Assembly: GCF_009914755.1 (NCBI RefSeq)
Contig: NC_060940.1
DNA length: 64,000 bases
Reading direction: 5' to 3' (one strand)
DNA from: the human T2T-CHM13v2.0 reference genome, Homo sapiens
The position numbers and the translations under genes were made by a program. The notes under the pieces are model-generated. The model was not told the DNA's origin, searched no databases, and worked only from the letters and a program-made list of their open reading frames with translations. Below are positions 57,581 through 64,000 of this stretch, piece after piece. The first letter of the stretch is position 1; each line of letters begins with the position of its first letter.

Positions 57581-59749
57581 TTCAATAAAAATACGAAATA
57601 CCTCCCTTTCTTTTCCTGCTGTGCCCTAATATCACTTCCAGTCATTGCCACAATTCTAATCTAAGTGACGTTCTGTTAGTATACATTTGATGACCCTCTT
57701 TCCAATCAACATTTTGAAATAATAGTTTTATAGGAATTTCTTGAAAATATAATTCTTTTAAGATTTCCTATTTTAGGGTCTTGTTTAAAGGGATGTTCTG
57801 TGCCAAAAATATTTTATTTTTCCCTTTCTATTTTAAAATTCTCATTTTCCAGTTCAACTATTATTTCCTTGTCAAAATATTCTACCTCCAGTTTTTCTTT
57901 ACTAGCTCTGGGAATTTGGGGAAAAAAATTAACCTAGAATTCATTATCTTTAAGTGTAAAAAAGGAGCAATTCCAATAAATTTTAAGTAGATAAAATGAC
58001 AAAATATTATGTTGCATTGCCTATAAGTTGTAGAAAACAAACAATAAAACTAAACTAAAAAATCTTTGAACTGTATTCAGGTTTTAAAAAACGCTCAAAA
58101 ATATTTTATTCATAAACTGATTCAGCTGGAAGATAAGACAGTTAATTGACCATCTTAAATACCAAAGGGCACACTAAGAATTTTATATATGAGAAAACAA
58201 TAGATTCAAAGGGAGAAAGTTAATAAGCTTATCATTGATTGATTTCATTAACTGACATAATTTATGAACTAACCATTGATTTTATTATTTGATGCAGCTA
58301 TCAAAACATACCCTGAAATTAACTCAGATATACAGGTTCCTAATAGCTATTTCAAAACCTGAAATCTAAAAAAAATGATATTAATATTCTCTCTCCAGGG
58401 GCTCAAGAGTGAGAAAGGATTGCTTATAACAAAAAATCAATCCAATTTTAAAATATTTTTATAAATTCCAACTGGCAGGGGAAAAGTTACTAGTTGAAAG
58501 CTACTTACCATTTTGAGAGGGTGTGTCATATTTCTGAGTTCATATTTTCATCTTGTAAAAGATGGTTATGGTCACCCCACCTCCGCAGCATGTCAAATGT
58601 TCACCTCAAATTTGGTTGGTTCCAAAGCAATTCATCTTCACGAAGATCTTAGCTATTGAACATGAGAGGTGGAAACACTCAGCTCCCCTAGTATTGTCAA
58701 CCATTATGAGAGACATTCACAATGTTGCACTTTTATGTCTGTCCTTTTCATTTGTGTAAACCTCTTTCAGGACAGGAACTGTGCTTTCTTTTTTCCATTC
58801 TTAGCTGCAAGTAGGCACACACTCACTAAATATTTGAATGAATGGATAAGTGGCTTTCTCCTGAACTTTCCTACGGTTGCAGGCCACACTGAAGAGAACC
58901 CAGTCTATTCCTCCTTTATGTGCTTTTAAAAATAAGTTTTAGAATGATGAGATAAAACACATAGTAATGTGTACATTTTATCTAATTACTGATAAGTCTA
59001 TTGTAAAAGCTCTGTCTCTAAATCCTCTTTTTATACATAACTGTCTTTTAGAGACTTAAAGATGCCAAAGATAATGGAACCATTTTATAAATTTAATGGG
59101 AAGAAATTTTCATTAACAGCCACGATATGCACACAATCTACATTTGACTTATTCTCTTTGTGAGGGTCAAGCAGTCTTTGCCATTTCTTTTTAAATCCTT
59201 GTTGGAAAATTCCGAGTGTTATCATAAGATCATGTCATTTGAAAGAAACTCCTGTAGAATAAGGTTACAAAAAGCCACTTAGATTACTTTTGAGAAGTAA
59301 GAGTTGTTTTAAAATATCTGAATTCTTTACTCTTTTGAGAAAACCCAGCCTAGTGGGAGAGTCAACTCCTGTGAGGTAGTTTTTAGACAAGCCTGGGATT
59401 GAAGATGCCACATAATAGCTATCTGCACCTCTTGTTATTTATCTCTTGGTATGGGAAACATAGGCTTATATGTGGAGCTTTCACACAAATTCAAGAGAAG
59501 CTGTCCATTGTGAGAAGTGAAATAAAATGATGGAAAAGACTGCTGCTTTCATCCTGGGTGGGTGTGCTATCCACAGGTAACAGAGTGGCATTTGACAAAA
59601 GAACATATTCTCTGTCCTTGTTGCCTTGGGAGAAGAAGTAATTCTATGATTTGAAGGCAACTCTCTGGGGGATTTTTTTTTTTAATTGTTACCCTGCTAT
59701 TCTGACAGGGATTTTAGATGGCTAGGTTTTAAAGTCTGCTTTCACAGCA

Positions 59750-59960
59750 AGGCAGTGAGTTGGAACAGAGAAAGTATATTTTCATTGCCGCGTACTTAAT
59801 GCTCATACTTACAGTCAAATACTTAATCTCCCTGATATTCAGTTTTCTAATCTGTAAAATGGAAATAATAATAGCACCTATTTCAAAAAGTGTCTGTGAT
59901 GATTCAATGGAATGATTCTGTGTCTACATAAAGTGAGTTATTATTATAAGTCAGCTATTA
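59750..59960 (+). mobile_element. MIR
   Basis: tacttaatctccctgatattcagttttctaatctgtaaaatggaaataataatagcaccta. Confidence 0.8.
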
Positions 59961-60394
59961 TCATTTGTTATTAGTATCAATTAGTTATTTATCATTTGAG
60001 TAGGTTCATGGTCTGGGCAATGTGCTGGGTGGGGTGGGAGGTGGGGAGTGCTAAAAAAGTGATTCATGCTTCTTACATTCAAGGACCTGACAGAGCAAGG
60101 AGATAATGCATACAATAAAGAGCAATTCTATTAACAAATAATCCACCGAGTAACTGAAAAGGGGCCTTTGGAGTTCTGATTTGGATGAGATTATTTTCAG
60201 CTTGGGGTGGGAAGTATGTGGGGGCTGGGATTACTGGTTTGGGACACATTCTCTTAAATATGGATCTGGAAAGATGAATATGAGTAAAAGACATGATATA
60301 GGAAAACACTACATCCCACAGGGAACACCATAGACATGTGAAAACATTTGGTGGATGTGGGAGAATTGACAAGGAATTAGGTTTGGATAGATAC

Positions 60395-61150
60395 TAATTT
60401 GCAAGGGCTATAATAAAATAGCAAATACTGAGTGGCTTAAATAACTGGAAGTTCAAAATCAAAGTGCTGGGGATAATGGCTTCCAGCTCCATCCATGTCC
60501 CTGCAAAGGACATGATCTCATTCCTTTTTATGGCTGCATAGTATTCCATGGTGTATGTGTACCATATTTTCTTTATCCAATCTATCACTGATGGGTGTTT
60601 GGGTTGATTCCATGTCTTCTCAGCAAACTAATGCAGGAACAGGAAACCAAGTCCTGCATGTTCTCACTTATAAATAGGAGCTGAACAATAAGAACACATG
60701 GACACAGGGAGGGGAAGGACACACTCTGGGGCCTGCCAAGGGGTGGGGTGTGGGGAGGGAGAACATTAAGAAAAATAACTAATGCATGTTGGGCTCAATA
60801 CCTAGGTGACGTGTTGATCTGTGCAACAAACCACCATGGCACACGTTTACCTATGTAACAACGCTGCTCATCCTACACATGTACCCCAGAACTTTAAAAA
60901 AAGATTAAACAAAACCCCCAAATCAAAGTGCTGTCAGGGTTGGGTTTTCCTGAGGCCTCTCTCCTTGGCTTGCAGATTGCCATCCTCTTGCTGCCTGTTC
61001 ATGTGGTCAACATCCCGGTGGCCTCTTCCCCTTCTAGCAGCCTCATTTTCATGGATCACTTCTGTATGACCTTACCTGCAAACATGGTTACATTCTGAGG
61101 GGCTGGAGGTGAGACTTCAACATACAAATTTTTGGGAATCAGCCCATAAG
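60395..61150 (-). mobile_element. MaLR LTR (MLT1B-like), split by the L1PA
   Basis: agggctataataaaatagcaaatactgagtggcttaaa...aaatcaaagtgctg | L1 | tcagggttggg...gaggcctctctccttggcttgcagat...gacttcaacatacaaattt. Confidence 0.8.
60470..60919 (+). mobile_element. Older L1PA 3' end with a twin-priming inversion
   Basis: Antisense segment 60470-60618, then sense 3' UTR 60619-60919 with an A-rich tail. Perfect TSD aaatcaaagtgctg at 60456 and 60920. Confidence 0.92.
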
Positions 61151-62779
61151 ACATAAAAAGATTGAAAATGTAATTTGGTGACTGATTATTGTCAGCTTTA
61201 GTGGTTCCCTTGGCCTGTGGAATTTATTTCATAGACACCTGGAAGACACTAAGTGTTTTTGACAGAGAAAGGATCAAAGCAGTACTTTAAAAAGATTAAT
61301 CTTCTTTAATATATAAATTGGATTAGAAAAAAGAGAAACAGAAGGATGAGACTCCATATAAAAAGCGCTTTGCCAAACTAGACCACAGCACTTTAAACTT
61401 GATAAGAAGTATTATAGAGGACCCAAGGGGAATCAAGTGAGAAAAGACTACAAAAGTAAAAATGATCAGGTTTGAAGATAGATTGACACCTACATGCAAA
61501 GAGAACATTATGATTTTGAACTTGAACCACTGGGAATTTTCCATGGTTGGAGGAAAAAGTGAGGAGGAATTTCTGAATTTTTTAAGAAAAGATGACTCTT
61601 TCAGTTTTGTACAATGGAACATCTTGGGTGTGCTATCTATCAGTCTTCTGAAATGTGGGTCTGGACTTCAGAAGTTGGATTTAGGGATGGACACAGAAGA
61701 ACTGGAGGTGACTGGCAAATGAACTTATGCTTATTAAATCAGATCTTAATTTTAATCCCTAACAGTACACAGACATCCCCTTTAAAATGTGATCAGCCTC
61801 TTGGAAACAACTGACAAATGGTACAATCTGATCAGAGTTTAACGTTTTGGCTGTAAGTAAAATGTCTGTGGGAGACTTAAATCTCATATTAAGGGAAATC
61901 TGCTTTAGAAGAATGTTCAGATGAGGAGACATTGTGGAGCTCTAATATTGGAATTCTATTTACACGTATCATTTGTGATGGCTTGATACAATATGAAAAG
62001 ATTGGGGAAATTCAATCTTTTGATTCATTTCTTTTAGAGGATGGTGTAAGTGCTTTAAGAAGGTTACTGTTTTCTAGTTGATTGTTACAGAGTAAAAGAA
62101 GACAAATGGTGACACAGACAGTCCCCATTAACCTCTTCACAAGCACACAATTTCACATGGACAAAATAGTAAATGAATTTCTTGTGCTTCTCATACATTC
62201 AATGAACATCAAAAATTAGAGTTAGGAAAAGTGGAATTTTGTCCTAATTTTGGCCCAGTTGGGTATGGCAGTTTAAGCAAATGATTTAGAATCTTTGTCT
62301 TTGTTTCTGTACAATTTAAAACATGGTTCTGTAAGGAAACATTTTTAGTTAAATGACCTCCTCAGTGTAGAAGGCACCTCGTATAATAATAGGGCATATT
62401 TCTGAAGACATTCACTGAGTCCCAGAATGCAGCATGGGTGTCTGCATTTCAGATAGGTGACCTTAAGAGAAAGCATGAAAGTAATGCCTACCACAGTAGC
62501 TGAAACATGTGAAGCACTGTATAAATGTGTGCCATATGGGTGAATGAAATTCAACAGACATATGGGAAAAGGCAGGAAGAAGAAACAGTCAAGGCATGGT
62601 GGTGTAAATGTGGAACTTTCAAAATTAGTCAAAGCCTTGGAGGTCTAATTGAGTTTCTACATCTTCCAGAAACTGGGAAGTGATTTAAAGAGGGAATCTA
62701 TCATCCCTATTAAAAAATTATTTTACTCAAAAATGACCCAGACTAACTCAATTTGAACATGTCTGTATATGTAGCCCAA

Positions 62780-62930
62780 CACTTGCTCACATATTAATAA
62801 TAAACTTTCAAAGCAACTGCATTCACTGGCTACTGTTACGTCGTTTTTCCAAAGATGACATCTAAGTGAGAAAGGGTAAGTAACTTGCAAAAGGTTATCT
62901 ATAGGAACACTGAGTTCTGACTGTGAGCTG
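62780..62930 (-). mobile_element. MIR
   Basis: tttccaaagatgacatctaagtgagaaagggtaagtaacttgcaaaaggt. Confidence 0.55.
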
Positions 62931-63694
62931 CCTATGCTGAACTTTGAAAGGACAACTTTGTTCATTCTTTTCTAGTACTTACCAATTGTGATAGAGTCGT
63001 GGAAATTCCTTGGCTACCTAGCAATACAGTTCTCATACAGGCTTGCTCACTTATTTGAAGTAGTAGTTTAACAAAGCCAGAATTTCTTTTCGATTCCAAC
63101 TGAGTTTCTTCCAAGCTCTGAGACTGTGAGGAGTCGCCAGTGCACAGGGCTGGGAGATGTGATATAATGATGCCTGCAGGCTAGGAATCTGGTCTCTGGG
63201 ACATATTGTTTTTTACAGAGTTGCCATGAAACTTGGCTGGAGACCCAGCCCTCTCTGTTGGAGCCAGACTCTGAGTGTCTTTGGCTAATCAGCATGCTTC
63301 AGGGAGAAAAAAATAATTGCTGGTAAGCAAAGGCACTGTTTATCATTATCTATGTGGCATCTGCTTCCACAATTACATTTCTAGAAGATCTGGATAATCA
63401 CATTCTTTTGCAAATGGTCTAATTAATGTGATTTTTGCTATTATTATATTTTGAGCATCGGTAATACCAAAGCTAATCATTAAAGGCCTCCAATTTTGCA
63501 GTATGCAAAGACATCTTATTGATTGACACAGAAATCCACAGAAAGTGACATGAAACAACTGGGACTATGACGACTCAAGTGCTTGCCAAACCCAAGGAAG
63601 TAAACTGAATATTGTGTGCATCTTTTTATTTCACAAGTTAATATCCTCCTATGCACACATGCAGAAAGAATAAAAAATAAGGCCACCATGTAAA

Positions 63695-63900
63695 ATTGGG
63701 TTTGAATCTCAGTCCTGACACTAACCATCTGTGTGGCAGTAAACGTATACATTCTCAACATTGGTTGCCTCCCCTTTACAATATAGACTCTAATTTGTGC
63801 CTTAAAGCAATCTTACAAAGATTAAATGAGATGACACATGTAAAATGTACTGGCACAATAAATTATACTCAACAATTGACTTAGTATTCAATAAATTATA
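63695..63900 (+). mobile_element. MIR
   Basis: tgggtttgaatctcagtcctgacactaaccatctgtgtg...aagattaaatgagatgacacatgtaaaatgtactggcaca. Confidence 0.8.
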
Positions 63901-64000
63901 ATTGCCTTTCTCCATAATATTAGGCTATTGGTACAATGTCTCTATTTTTGTTTTATGACTTGGCAAGTAGGAGTTTACTCATATAGACAGTGGAACCAAA

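Larger units (their letters stand above)
59990..61720 (-). mobile_element. L2 fragments hosting an MLT1 LTR and an L1PA
   Basis: Purine-rich antisense L2 pieces (ggatctggaaagatgaata; aagcagtactttaaaaagattaatct; gaaatgtgggtctggacttcagaag). Confidence 0.55.

Noticed and set aside
63220-63232. RFX X-box-like GTTGCCATGAAAC
   Set aside because: The second half-site is imperfect; a single short motif is not sufficient evidence.

Overview
Primate (most likely human) non-coding DNA: AT-rich, CpG-depleted, with roughly half or more recognisable as interspersed repeats. These are 9 Alus, 7 L1 relics (L1ME/MC/MB/MA/PB/PA), about 18 solo LTRs (ERV1, ERVL, MaLR), Tigger and hAT DNA-transposon relics, many MIR/L2 fragments and several microsatellites. 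I found no host protein-coding exon, RNA gene, CpG island or CRISPR array. The only ORFs with real protein homology are dead L1 ORF2 and Tigger transposase fragments. I cannot support a new biological system here. The best second-look items are: (1) a recent templated inverted insertion flanked by a 58-bp duplication at 15.9-16.1 kb; (2) a 54-bp retro-insertion of unknown origin with a 15-bp target-site duplication (TSD) at 50.1 kb; (3) an ancient Tigger copy that still carries its transposase N-terminus; (4) three independent twin-primed L1 inversions; (5) a cluster of LTRs with OCT4 and DUX4 motifs; (6) a strong minus-strand bias of Alu/L1/LTR, suggesting an intron of a + strand transcript. 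Repeat subfamily names come from recalled consensus sequences, not a database search. Edges of ancient repeats are approximate.
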